Assembly (NCBI GenBank): GCA_000004695.1
Contig: CM000151.3
Span: 4,640,001-4,704,000 of the forward strand
DNA: 64,000 nt
Reading direction: 5' to 3'
Source: Dictyostelium discoideum
Lineage: Eukaryota
How positions within the stretch are numbered: position 1 is the first letter of the stretch; every line of letters begins with the position of its first letter. Shown in pieces: positions 13,387-26,485 of the stretch. The position numbers and the translations under genes were made by a program. The notes beneath the pieces were generated by a model. It was given only the letters and a program-made list of their open reading frames with translations. It was not told the DNA's origin and did no database searches.

Positions 13387-14353
13387 CATTTAAAGTATTA
13401 TTATTATTATTATAATTTGAACCAGAACTATTATTAAAATTATATTGACGATCAAATAAATTAAATTTTGATTTTAAAATTAACATTATAATTGAAACAC
13501 ATAATAAATCAGAATTTGAAGGTAATAAAATATTTTCATAAATTTTTGATAAGGTTGAATTTGGTGATTTCTTTCTAAACAATTTGAATGGTATTAAAAT
13601 CAAATTGTATAATTGATTCGATAGATTTAGTATTGATTTTGGTAATTTTAATTCTGTACAAAATCGAAGTAACAATAATGGTATATTTGAACTTGGTAAA
13701 AAGTTTAAATATTTACAAATGTCATCTGAAATTCTGGCAAAATTGATAAATGTTGAATTTGAATTTGACCATGAAAAACTCCACGTCGTCTCATTAGTGA
13801 ATGATGCAATCTTACCACTTTGCGCCAACGATATGAAATCACTAATTATAACTGGCTCTCTTAAATAAACACATGCTAAATAGCAAATTGATAATGTTAT
13901 AAATGGTGGTGGATAATTTATAATACCAAATGTTGATGTAGTCGATGATGATGATGATGTAGTTGATGATGAACCCTCAAAATCTTGACTGAATTTATCT
14001 AATAATTTAAACCATAATTCACCAGTAACTTGATATAATTGCTCATTGTAACCATGGTCTTTAATTAATGAGGTGACTTGAATTTTTAATAAATTTTGTA
14101 AAATGTAATAACGATTATCTTTTTGTCTTAACTTTTTTTGATTCATTGCATCTAAAACCTCTTGTGTCCAAACTCTTTTATATGAACCAGTTTTATATCC
14201 ACCACCATTTTCAAATTCTTCAACTTCTTGTGTAAAATAACCTTCAACACGTGTATGACAATTATCACATTCTAAAAATCCAAATTCATCTTTTGAAAAT
14301 CTGACACCTGCACATTGAATACATGCTTGATGATGTTGTTTATTACCACCCAT
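12461..14353 (-). CDS. RNA polymerase I TBP-associated factor B (TAF1B/Rrn7-like) with N-terminal TFIIB-type zinc ribbon
   Basis: Single ORF of 630 aa. N-terminus CIQCAGVRFSKDEFGFLECDNCHTRVEGYFTQEV follows the pattern of human TAF1B (C.QCA.V...G...C..CH...E.Y.QEV), followed by a cyclin-like region. Confidence 0.6.
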
Positions 14354-14514
14354 TATAATTTTAAAATCTATTAATAAATTAATATATAGATTTTATTATT
14401 ATTAAAGTTAATAAAATAAATTTAAAAATGATGCAGTTTTTTAAGTGGAGAAAAAAAAAAAAAGAATGAATGAAAAAAAAAAAAAAAAAAAAGTTAAAAA
14501 AAAAAAAAAAAAAT

Positions 14515-14565
<51 letters not shown>

Positions 14566-14924
14566 GAAAATTAATTATGTTTATTTTTGAAAAGAGGAAT
14601 TTTATTTTATATTATTGTTTTTTTTTTTTAATTTTTTTTTTTTTATTACCATTTTTATTTTTGATTAATCATGAGATTTCATTTTATTTTTTTTTATATT
14701 TATTTTATTTTTTTATTTTTTTATTTTTCTATATTTAAAATTTTTATTTTTTTTTTTAGTCCTTGTGAAATTTAAATATCTATAATGCTGCAATTCTTGT
14801 CTAAATTTGAACGTTTAAATTTACACACCATTCAGTTGATGAAGATATTTTGGAAAAAAAAAAAAAATTCAAAAATAATTAAAATAAAATGGGAAAAATA
14901 AAAATAAAAATAAAAATAAAAAAA

Positions 14925-14969
<45 letters not shown>

Positions 14970-15415
14970 TTCAAACTTCTTCACAAGCACTCGAAAAGTA
15001 GAACAAACATTATTCTTTATATTTGTTTTTGAAATTGTAACAAAATTCATATAAAAAAAAAAAAAAAAACTATATATTATTTACCTTTGAAAAGTAAGTT
15101 TTATTGGATTTCATTATTTCCCTTTTTTTTTTTTTTTCCCCAATTTAATTGTGGTTACATATAACCACATTATTTGAATTTTTTTCTTTCATTTAAATAA
15201 AGGCGGGGTTATTTTGTTTTTTTTTGTTCTGTTTTTTCGAGAAAAGAATAATAAATAAAATAAAATAAAATAAAATAAAATAAAATAAAATAAAATAAAA
15301 AAATAAAAAATATAATAAAAATTTATAAATTTAAAAAAAAAAAAATTATTATTCCCTATTTTATTTATATCAATAATAAAAAAATATCAATAAAAAAAAA
15401 TATCAATAATAAATA

Positions 15416-15449
<34 letters not shown>

Positions 15450-16193
15450 AACAAAAATAAAGTAATATTGATTTCTTTACCATATAATTACGCAACACCT
15501 CATTTCCAATTTAGGGTTTACAAAAAAATTATATTGTTTTTTATTTTTTTAATTTTTACTTTTTTTTATTTTTTTAATATCATTGCCATATTCAACCACA
15601 CCAATTATATTAAGTTTTTTTTTTTTTTTTTAAAAAAAAAAAATAAAAAAATAAAAAAATAAATAATTAAAAAAAAAAAAAAAAATATATTAAAAAAACG
15701 ATTCCCACACAATATATATTAAGGACACATAAAAACTAGTTGTTATTATTTTTATTATTATATATCACAAACACACTATATTTTGTTTTTTTTATTTTTT
15801 TTTTTTTTATTTTTTATTTTTCATTTTAAAAGACTAACACATTACCAATTTTAATTTTCTTTCATATCACAAAAAAATTTTTTTTTTTTTTTTTTTTTCT
15901 TTTTTCATTTATTTATTTATTTATTCATTTCTTTATTCCTACCCACATTATAATTAATACAAATATTATTATAGGTAAAAAAAAAAAATAATATATACAT
16001 ATCACTGTAACAAAACAAACAACAAAACTATAGTAATATATCAAACCAAAAACAAATAAACGACAATAATAAAAAATTATAATAGTATTAGTATCAGTAG
16101 TAATATCATTATAATTTAAAAAAGTAGCGACTACAATAAAATCAACAAAACAACAACAACAATAATAATCAAATAAATATATAAAATTAAAAA

Positions 16194-17430
16194 ATGATGG
16201 CAAAAACAAAAGGATCATATGAAGTATTTCATTATACAGTTACAAAAGATAAAGTAAATAAAGGTTTATGTGATATTGCAAGATATTTCGTACCAGAATA
16301 TAGAAATTCAAAGGATGAAGATTTAACAATTCAAAAATTAAATGGTGGTATCACCAATGTTTGTATGTATATATATATATATATATATTTATATAACAAA
16401 TTTATAAAACACATATATGATATACTAATATATGTAATTTATTTTTTTAATAATAAAAATATATATAGTATATTTAGTTGAAGATAAAAATATTGAACAA
16501 AAATATAGATATTTACCAGTTGTAATTAGATTATATGGTTATAAATCAGAAGAAATTATAGATAGAAAGAATGAATTAATTATACAAACAGAAGCGGATC
16601 AAAATGGATTAGGTGCTAAATTTTATGGACTTTTCGATAACGGTTGTATTTATGGATTTATTAAAGGTGAACCATTGGCATACGAGGATATTAGTAAACC
16701 AACAATGCAAACATGTATCGCCAAAGAGATTGCACAATGGCACTCAATTGAGATGCCTACAAGAAAGAATCCATCACTTTGGCCAACAATAAAGAAATGG
16801 GCAGCTTTGGCACCAGACGTTTATCCAGTACCAGAAAAGAATGAGTATTATCAATCTATCAATGTAAAGAAAATGATTGAAGAGGGTAAAATGTTGGAGC
16901 AAAGATTGGCTCAATTGAATTCACCAATCGTTTTCTGTCATAATGACCTCCTCAGTGGTAATATCATCTATGATCCATCTCAAAATTGTGCCTCTTTTAT
17001 CGATTTCGAATATGCAAACTACAATTTTAGAGGCTTGGAATTAGGTAATCATTTCAATGAATATGCTGGTTTCGGTCCAGATTATTCACTCTATCCAAAT
17101 AAAGAATCACAAATTCACTTTTTAACAGATTATCATAGATCTCTCTTTAAAACTGAACCAACTCAAGATGAATTAGAAAAATTATATATTGAATCAAATC
17201 AATTTTCATTAGCAAGGTAAATTTTTTAAAAAAAAAAAAATTTCAATTTTATTTGTTTTTATTTTTTTACTAATACTAATTTTATTTTTATTAATAGTCA
17301 TTTATATTGGGGTTTTTGGGCAATTGTTCAAGCTATGAATTCTCAAATCGATTTTGATTATTTAGAATATGGTAAAGCACGTTTTGATAGATATTATGAA
17401 ACTAGAGACCAATTTTTAAATCTCAATTAA
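16194..17430 (+). CDS. Choline/ethanolamine kinase, ~346 aa. CDS join(16194..16362, 16478..17216, 17298..17430).
   Basis: Exon 1 ...LNGGITNV (donor GTATGT at 16363). Exon 2 FEDKNIEQKYRYLPVVIRLYG...FCHNDLLSGNIIYD...FIDFEYANYNFRGLELGNHFNEYAGF (Brenner and choline-kinase motifs; donor GTAAAT at 17217). Exon 3 SHLYWGFWAIVQAMNSQIDFDYLEYGKARFDRYYETRDQFLNLN*. Confidence 0.8.
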
Positions 17431-17979
17431 ATTTAAATACTACTATTTGAACGCGTGTAAAATGAATAAATAATCCGAAAAAATAAAAAAATAATTTTAA
17501 TAAAAAAAAAAAAAAAACAAATAAAAATAAAATGTATATTTATTTGAATAAATAATAATGTAACAAAATTTTTTTTTTTTTCCACCTTTTTTTTTAATTA
17601 TTCTTTCCAACTTTTTTTTTATTTTTTATTTATTTTCAATGAAATATGAATTTGTTTTAACCCATTCATTTATACCAATATTGGTTTTTTTAAATAAAAG
17701 AAAAAAAAAAAAAAAAAACAATTCGCTTACGAAATATTATTTTAAATTTTATTTTTTTTTTATTTTTGTTTAATTTTTTTTAAATTTTTAATTTTTTATT
17801 TTTTATTTTTTTTATTTTTTTTATTTTTAATATTACTTGAACTACTTTAAAATTGTTAAAATCTCTTTTAAATGGGAGTTTAGATTAAACCAATAATAAC
17901 AATAATAATAATAATAATAATAATAATTAAAATAATTAAAATTAGCAATAGATGCATAAATAACAATATTAATAATATA

Positions 17980-18045
<66 letters not shown>

Positions 18046-18718
18046 CAATAAAATAATAAAATCATAAATAATGGCTAGTTTAATTTTTCTTTCAGTAACT
18101 CTTTTCAAATCTCTTTTATTTCAAATTTCTTTTAAAGGTGCAATTATTATAATGTTTTTTGCAATGATTTTATTTATTCATTTCTCACCATACCTGAACC
18201 TTGATGGTGTTGGTACTTCAAGTAGTAGATTACCAAGAAGAACAATTCCTTTATCTCCAGTTTTAAAAAAAATAGATTAAAAAAAATAAAATAAAAAATA
18301 AAGAACAAAAAAAAAAATATAAAAAAAAAATAAATAAACAATTGTTTGCATGAATTCAAAATTATAAAGCATAAATTCAAATTAATCAAATATATATTTA
18401 AAGTAAAAACATTGTGCTACATATTATTAGAAATAAAATAGTAACAAAAATACTAATTGTTAATAATGGTTTCGGTTAGTTCAGATAATCATTTTACATA
18501 ATTTTCTATGTATGTACAAGATTTTTTTTTTTTTTCCTCTCTCACAATTTTCCCCACTAACCAATATTTTTCTTTAGAATTAAAGAAAAACTACTCAAAA
18601 ATTATACAACCATACGATATAATCAAAATTTTTTTTTTTTTTCAAAAAAAAAAAAATAAATAAAACTCTTGTTTAAACACTTTTCAATCCTCAAAATTTT
18701 TCCAATAATTTTTTTATT

Positions 18719-18754
<36 letters not shown>

Positions 18755-19139
18755 GATTTTCTATTTTTTTTTTTTTAATTTCCTCTTTTTTTTTTATGTA
18801 TAATTCTTTTTTTAAATATTATTTGTATTGTTCAAAATTTTTCAAAAAAAAAAAATAAAAAAATTATATAGAAAGAAACAAAAAATAGTAATTAAATAAC
18901 AAATATTACAAAAACCTTAGATAATGGTCTAAGATCAGGTAATTATTAATTAATGAAACACCATTTTGGTTAATAAAAAAAATAAAAAAAGAAATTAAAA
19001 ACTATTTTTTTTTTTAACTTCTTTTTTTTTTTTTTTTTTTTTAATTTCCTTTTTTTATCCAATTGTTATTAATAATTTTAATATTTTAATTATAATTTAG
19101 GATTTCAACTATTCTACACATATGTTAAATCTATTCAAT

Positions 19140-20071
19140 AAATTAAATAGTAAATCACCACAAGATGAATCAACAAAACTTCAAAAACAACTATATGAAC
19201 AAATTATAGTGGATTCAAAGTGCAAATCATTATTTGAAGGTATTTGTTCAGATGTGGTTAATTTGTAATAATAAAGATTTTGAATATTTAAATCCTTAAT
19301 TAATTTTTATTTTTTTATTTTTTTAATTATTTTTTTCTTAGAAAGTTTAAATTGGAAAAAACAGATCCACGATTCATTATCACATTCAAAATAATTATTT
19401 GAATCTATTGTTGATAAATTGGGAATAAACCGTTATTGGAGACTAAAAAAACCTAGACCTTGGAAAGAAGAAAGATCAATGCACTCTGTTAACCAGTTGA
19501 TATTGGCCCACTAATAATAAATCGAGTTCTTCAAAGTGATCCTGACAAATCCAGAAATCCCTTCTTCAAACAGAAACAATAATTTTGTAAATAATAGTGA
19601 TAATAATAATAATAGTCAAAAGAAATTACAATCATATTTTTTATAAAGATAAAAATAGGGATAAAGATAAAGATAAAGATGAAAATGAAAATGTAAAAAA
19701 TCAATTTTCAAAATAATGGTAAATTTTCTTTCTATTATTAATTTTTTATTTTTTTTTTTTTTAAATCAAGGTATATAAAAAAAAAAATTTGTGTATTAAT
19801 AATCTAACTATTTAACAGAAAGAAATGACCAAAAAAAAAGAAAGTGGTTAATGCATATGGTGAAAGTATTCTTGGTGACAATGGTGATAATATTGATAAT
19901 AGTGATAATAGTGATAATAGTGATAATGGTGATAATGGCGATGATCTAAATGGTGGAAACATATTTGAAATCAATCAATCATTATTTTCAATGGTATTCG
20001 ATCAACTTCATGATAATAAATTTAGAACAGATTATGATAATCAATTATTAATTGGTATTGAATTTAATTAA
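19140..20071 (+). other. Possible small multi-exon gene (uncertain); the best ORF is 19844..20071, Asp/Asn/Gly-rich
   Basis: ATG at ~19142 (MLNLFNKLNSKSPQDESTKLQKQLYEQIIVDSKCKSLFEG, then gtatttg). The downstream segments contain stops. ORF 19844..20071 reads MVNAYGESILGDNGDNIDNSDNSDN...FDQLHDNKFRTDYDNQLLIGIEFN. No recognisable family. Confidence 0.2.
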
Positions 20072-20134
20072 ATCAATTATTAATGAATTAAAGAAAGTTG
20101 ATATTTTAATAGATCAGGGAAAGAATATTTAGGT

Positions 20135-20350
20135 TTCCACTCTGCCTGTGTATTTATAGATTTTCGGACTTGAAAGAATTCTTTATAAATTTGGCGCTCA
20201 CTATCTATATAGTATGAATGCTTGTAATATTAATTTTAATTGATATTGATTCTTATTAATATTACAAACATTCAAACTATACAGATAATGAGCTCCAACT
20301 TTATAAAGAATTCTTTCAAATTAGAAAATCTATAAACACAGGCAGAGTGG
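20135..20350. repeat. Large imperfect palindrome/hairpin (~75-bp arms, ~60-bp loop)
   Basis: ccactctgcctgtgtatttatagattttc...gaaagaattctttataaa pairs with tttataaagaattctttc...gaaaatctataaacacaggcagagtgg. Confidence 0.8.
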
Positions 20351-20469
20351 AACCAAAGATTTTTAAAAGTTCAATTATTTATCAATTCAAAGCTATCAAT
20401 TTTAAATTCATCAAAAAAACAATCAAAAATATAAAATTGGTAAAAAAGTTAAAGAAAATATTCAAAAGA

Positions 20470-20835
20470 AAAAAAGAAAAAAAGATTCATTTAAAAATCA
20501 ATTAAATTTTTTACTTCCAAATAATAATCTAAATAATAATCCAAATAACAATAAAAATAATAATAAAAACAATTTTAGTAATAGTAGTATTAGTAATAAT
20601 AGGTCAATTGTACAATCACAAACAATTTCTGATATTGGATATGTACCGCGCCAACAACAACCACAACAACAACCACAACAACAACAACCACCACAATCGT
20701 CAAGAAAAAGAAAATTAGAATCAGAATCATCAACCTCATCTCTCAAAAAACAAAGAAATCCATTCAAAAAAAACAAACTTAGAATGGAATCATCCTCGCC
20801 ACTCGAGAAACAAAAAGTCTCCAAATTTATTTAGA
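20470..20835 (+). other. Coding-like Ser/Gln/Lys-rich segment with a tandem ~50-bp peptide repeat; an inverted partial copy lies at ~20965..21055
   Basis: Plus-strand frame reads ...SNNRSIVQSQTISDIGYVPRQQQPQQQPQQQQPPQSSRKRKLESESSTSSLKKQRNPFKKNKLRMESSSPLEKQKVSKFI*. The reverse complement of 20968-21050 (ccattcaaaaaaagaaacttagaatcagaatcatcattttcaccactcgagaaag...) is ~85% identical to 20757-20815. Confidence 0.25.
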
Positions 20836-21588
20836 AGATGGTTCAAAAAAATACATTTCAAGTGGTAACTTTTTTTTTATTAAAATAATTTAAACTATCC
20901 AGGTAATACATATCCAGATTTTTACTACTTGAAAAGTATATTTTTGAACCTTCTTCAAAAATAATTTTGGAAACTTTTTTCTTTCTCGAGTGGTGAAAAT
21001 GATGATTCTGATTCTAAGTTTCTTTTTTTGAATGGTGAGGTTGTATACTATGAATTTAGCCAGGGATTCAAATTTAAAATTTTATTTATTGTTTATTGAA
21101 ATGAATTTATTAATTTTGGACCAACATTCAAGGTTGAGTATAGATATTCGTATACAGAAAAGAGTTTGAATGTCTATGTTGGTCAACATTATTGCCATTT
21201 CCAGGATTTTTAATATAATTGCATTTCAATAAACAAAAAATAAACCTTCAAATTATATTTCAAAATGAAGAATTCAGTATCAAGTATTAAAATAAATAAT
21301 AAAACTTTTATTTTTTTTATTTTTTTTTTTTATTTTTTTTTTTTTCTTTAAGTTAATTAAACAACCAATAGTATTTTCTTTAAATATTTTATATCTGATT
21401 TCTGTATCATTTTCTTTCTTAGCAATTGGAAAAAAAAAAAAAAAAAAAAACATTACAAATAATTAATTTTAGATATATTACTTTTAAAATTTTTTATTTT
21501 TTTTTATTTTTTTTATTTTATTTTTTATTTTATATTTTCAATTTAACTTTTTTTCTTTTTTTCTTTTTTTTTTTTTTTTTTATATAAT

Positions 21589-22560
21589 TTAAGCCATTTC
21601 AAGTTCAGCACCAGAAGCCTTTAATTTAGCAATAATCTTTTCTGCTTCTTCTTTTGAAACTTTATCGGCAATAACTGAAGGAATCTTTTCAACGAGACCT
21701 TTAGTTTCCATTAAACTGAGTGATGGTTTGACTTCTCTTAATTCTTTAATAATCTTATATTTGGCACCATCTGGTACTTTAACGAGTCTAACTTGGAAAT
21801 CTGTTTTGGCAACAGCGGCTGGTGCAGCAGCGGCAGCTGGGGCAGCTCCACCTGCTGGGGCACCTGAACCGAGACTGGAAAGATCAATATCTGGAATACT
21901 TAATTTTTTCTATAAAATAAATAAAAAAAAAATAAAAAAAGGGGAGAGGTTTATGATTAGCATCACAAAAAGTGGTAAATCAAAATTCCATTTACAAAGA
22001 TTTTAATATTTTTCATTTTTTTTTTTTTTTTTAATGGTGATGTGTGAATAATTTTCTGTTGTTCCTTTTTCCTTTCTTTTTTCCTTTTTCCTTTTTCCTT
22101 TTTTCCTTTCTAATATTTAAATCTGTGCTATTATTTTTTTATTATTATCACTCTGACCTATTTTTGTGTTATGTGTTTGCTAAATGCTAAATTGAAATGA
22201 ACTATTTGGCCAATACTATTAAAATCATTCTAAAAAAAACTGGAAATTGATTGATTTTTTTTTTTTATTTCTTGTCGCTATAAACATTTTGATATTGTGC
22301 TGTTTGCTATATTCTACTACATTATTCACATACCAACTCACTCCATTAATTCAAAAAAAATAAAAAATAAAAAATAAAAAAAAAAAGTAAAGAATATATA
22401 AAAAATAAAATTCATACTTGTAAATGTTGGGTTAAATCCATAACGTCCAAAATGGAAAGTTTTGAGATTCTTTCGACTAAATCAGCAACTTCTGTTGAGG
22501 ATTTACCATTTTCAATTGTGGTAAGTTTAAGGTTAACTTTTTCTGGTTCTGTTGTGAATA
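21589..22560 (-). CDS. mrpl12: Mitochondrial ribosomal protein L7/L12 (bL12m), two resolved exons; the first exon with the start codon and presequence is not resolved. join(>22560..22418, 21909..21589).
   Basis: C-terminal exon: KKLSIPDIDLSSLGSGAPAGGAAPAAAAAPAAVAKTDFQVRLVKVPDGAKYKIIKELREVKPSLSLMETKGLVEKIPSVIADKVSKEEAEKIIAKLKASGAELEMA*. It aligns to the bacterial L7/L12 C-terminal domain. Upstream exon: ...LFTTEPEKVNLKLTTIENGKSSTEVADLVERISKLSILDVMDLTQHLQ, matching the L12 N-terminal dimerisation helix. The ~508-nt intron starts GTATGA and ends ttttatag. This open frame has no ATG before an upstream TAA, so a further 5' exon is expected. Confidence 0.75.
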
Positions 22561-22626
22561 AACGAGTGCTATATAATGTATTGTTGTTGCACTTTAACCT
22601 ATTTTATCATTATTTAAAATTTTTAA

Positions 22627-22657
<31 letters not shown>

Positions 22658-23703
22658 AACACATTAATATAGATATTTTTTTTTTTTATTTTATTTTTTT
22701 TTTTTTTTATTTTCTGTTTTAATTATTTTATTTTATTTTATTTTATTTTGTTGAAGGTATTATGTATTGTTTTAAAATTATTATTATTATTATTATTATT
22801 TTTTTTTTTAGATGTGTATGTGTGTATTATTTATCAGATTTTTCGTTTTTTCAAAAAAAAAAAAAAATGAAAATTTTTTTTTCCCCACATTAAAATCACA
22901 CGCAATAATTTATTGATTGATCATTAATTTTATTTTTGCTATTATTATTAAAATTTTATTTTATTTTGCATTGTTTCACCCAAACATACTTTGATAAAGT
23001 TGAAAAACATTTATTGAGTGATACTCTTGAGATCATTTTAATTTTTATATAATTATATGTATAAAACAGCACAATGAAAAAAGTAGTCGAGAATAAAACT
23101 GAAAAAAAAAAAGAAAAATAAAAAAAAAAAAAAATAAAAAAAAAAAATAAATAAAAATTAAAAAAAAAAAAAAAAATGAAAAAAAACAAAAATGAAAAAA
23201 AAAGAAAAACGCATTTCATCAAAGAACTTCGCCAGATTACCACCAAAATAAAAAAATAGGGAAAAAAAAAAAAAATAAAAAAAATAAAAAATAAATTTCA
23301 ACAATTAAAACAGTGTTATAATTATTTTAATCCAAATCTATTTTTATAATATATACATTTTTTTTATTAAATATTTTCGTATTTCCCCAAAAAAAATAAA
23401 AAAATAAAAAAAAAAACTAAACACTTGAAATAATTTTTTATTTGCCTTTTCTGAACCAAGTATTTCTTCCAGAAATTTCTAAAAATAAAATAAAAATAGA
23501 AATAAAAAAATAAAAAATAAATTATTTAATTTGGGTTTTAAATAAAATAATTTATTTATGTTGAGAAATTTTATTTTATATTTTTAAATTTCTTTCTTTT
23601 CATCCAATTTATCATTACCATTAATTTGGTTAATTTTGTTTGCAAAATGTCTAAAACATTGGAGAATAATATTATTTTCAGCTGAAATATCTCTTTCAAA
23701 TAA

Positions 23704-23744
23704 CTATAAAAATAAGAAAATGGAATTAATAATTATTTTATTAT

Positions 23745-23777
<33 letters not shown>

Positions 23778-24448
23778 TTACTTTGGTAAAAAGTGAATCT
23801 TGGAATTTATTAACTTGAGGTTCTTCTTTTACTTTTTTTGGATTATTTCTTTTTTTATTTCTTTTATTGCTACTGGCAGTATTTACTTTTACTTCTTTTA
23901 TCGGTTTTTCTTCAAATTTATTAAACTCTAAAGTTGATGGAACTTCAATTGGTTCATTATCATTATCATTATCATTATTTTCTTTTTCTTGATTTTCATT
24001 TTCTTTTTGTATTGATACTACATTGGTGGTGGTGGTGGTTGTGTCAGTAGTGGGGTTGGTTGTGGAGCTTGTATTGGTGGTGGTATTTGTTAGTTCAGTT
24101 TTAGTAGTGGATGATTTATTATTATTTTTTGAAGTTTGATTTTCAAGTTTTTTCTTTTTATCAGGAGTTTGTTTTTTTTTAGAATTATTATTATTATTAT
24201 ATAAAAGTTCACCTCTTTTTCTAGCGTCTTCTTCTTCTTTCTTTTTTGCTTCAATATTTGCTTTTGAAGGATATCTTCTCCTTCTCTCTTCTAAATAACG
24301 TGCAATATCTTCAGGTGATTCTTGAATTTTTATTTCCTTTAATCTTTGGTTAAATAATTTTATTCTTTTCATTTCTTCTTTATCATCGTCATCATCATTA
24401 TTTCTTTTATTTTTTTTATTATTATTATCATTAAATTTATTATATTTA

Positions 24449-24519
<71 letters not shown>

Positions 24520-24877
24520 TTTTTTAATTTCTAAAGTTTCAGTATTGGTTATTTTTTCATTATTTACATTTGTTTGGTTTTGTTTTTCATTATTATTATT
24601 ATTATTATTGTTATTGTTATTATTATCTACATTATTTTTATTATTTCTATTATTTTTATTTCCTCCTTTGTGCCTGATTATTTTTATTTTTATTATTGTT
24701 ATTTTTATTTAGTTCATCCTTATTTTGGGTTGGAGGAGTAATTGTTGGTTGTGGAATTCCATCTGAATATAGTTGAACTAAATCTGATAAATCCATATTA
24801 TTTATATTACTATTTAAAATGAAAATATTACTTTGTTTATTTTTTTTTTTTTTTTTATTTGGTAACCTAACAAACAA
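23704..24877 (-). CDS. NUFIP1/Rsa1-domain protein (two ORFs in different frames, probably joined by an unresolved intron)
   Basis: ORF 23704..24372 contains SPEDIARYLEERRRRYPSKANIEAKKKEEE, which resembles the NUFIP1 motif as I remember it (PEEI..W.EERRKNYPTKANI.KK). Upstream ORF 24656..24877 (MDLSDLVQLYSDGIPQPTITPPTQNKDELNK...) is a plausible N-terminus. Asn-rich sequence lies between them. Confidence 0.4.
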
Positions 24878-25265
24878 AATGGGTATACAAAATTATTATT
24901 TTTTTTTTTTTCCACAAAAATGAAAATTTAATTTTACAAAAAAAAAAAAAAAAAAATAAAATTAAAAAAAAAAATAAAATTAAAAAAAAAAACGAGCGAA
25001 AGTTAAAAATATAAAAATTAAAATAATTAAAATCATGTTATTTTTAAATACTTTTAATATGCCACTATTATTACTATTATTACTTTTTTTTTTTTTTTTA
25101 ATTTTTTTTTTAATTTTTTTTTAATTTTTTTTATTATTTTTTATTTTTTTTTATTTTTTTTTTTTTTTTATTACTATCTTATTTTATTATAAAAATATTA
25201 CAAAATAAAATATTTGAATTGGGGAGATAGGGGAATAGGGTGTCGTATTAGTAGTAGTAGTGAGT

Positions 25266-26448
25266 TTATTCTCTTGATTCTTCAACCCAACCTTTGCTTT
25301 GTTCTTCTTCTTCCTCTTCTTGAGTTTCTTCTTCGATTTGATCGAAAGCATTCTCTGGAACAGAGTAAAGATTGATAACATTACGATTTGGATCACGATG
25401 TAAAAGATATTTACCATTGGCTAATTTCATACAAGTTTGAGCGATATGTTTCAAAATACCCCAACAATTCTTCATGTCAACACCATTTTGTTTATTGAGA
25501 TCTGCAACTGGATAGAATTGAGTACCTAAAATGACGTGATTATTATTATCACGAATTGAATCACGAGAAACAAAACCTAAATTTAACATTTCACAACCTG
25601 CTAAAGTTGATTGAATAGACCATTTAGCAAACTATATTTTATATATAAAAAAAAAAAAAAAAAAAAGTTAAATTAAATAATAATTCAAAAGAATAATAGA
25701 GATATATATATATATATATAAATATTTACTTTAGTTGAATTGTTTTTAATTTCAGTAGCCAAGATAGCAGCTCTTTGAGAATCTAATTTCTTTCTAAATT
25801 CAATACCGAATCTATTACTATCATGTTCGTTAATAGCTTTGATAGAGATGAATTTTGGTGGTTGACCTGGAAGACCTTCGACGACACCATCGATTTCAGT
25901 ACGAGCTAAAACGACGATATCATCACCGAGATCCCATTTCTTGTAGGCGTAACCAACGTCAACGCAATTTTCAAATTCGTCACCTTCTGGAAGTTCATTA
26001 TCAAATTTGAATGGCTCAACATTTTGAGAGAGAACTTGTTGCCAATAGTTGAGATTGACTTGAGTTGCTTCTTGTGAGAGTGAGGAAGTGGTGTTGATTG
26101 GATCTTTGTCATCTTGATGATGAGCTGTAAGATTTTCATTGACTGTCAAATGTTCGGATGTACCTGGTCTCAATTCAAAGAATAAACGTGCACCAACCTT
26201 TTGAACGACGATATCCCAACTGTAGACTGACTTTTGAGCACTCATCAATACTGCTAAAATACTATCAGTGGCATAGACATTACCATTCATATATTCACTT
26301 CTAATTACCTTATCATCTGATGTTGGAATTAATGGAACACTGTTCTCTGTCTTTTGTAATTTCTTTTCATTCTTTGCATTAATTCTATCATAAACTTTAT
26401 TATAATATTTAACTTGACCATAAGTTCCACTGTGTTGTTGTTGTTGTT

Positions 26449-26485
<37 letters not shown>

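Noticed and set aside
18071-18389. Small ORFs 18071..18280 (+) and 18174..18389 (-)
   Set aside because: Hydrophobic low-complexity peptides in an AT-rich intergenic stretch. They have no splice context or similarity.
20498-20824. Minus-strand ORF 20498..20824 (Cys/Gly/Trp-rich)
   Set aside because: It is the antisense of a (caa/cca)n Gln/Pro-coding stretch. The plus strand gives the coherent Ser/Gln-rich peptide.
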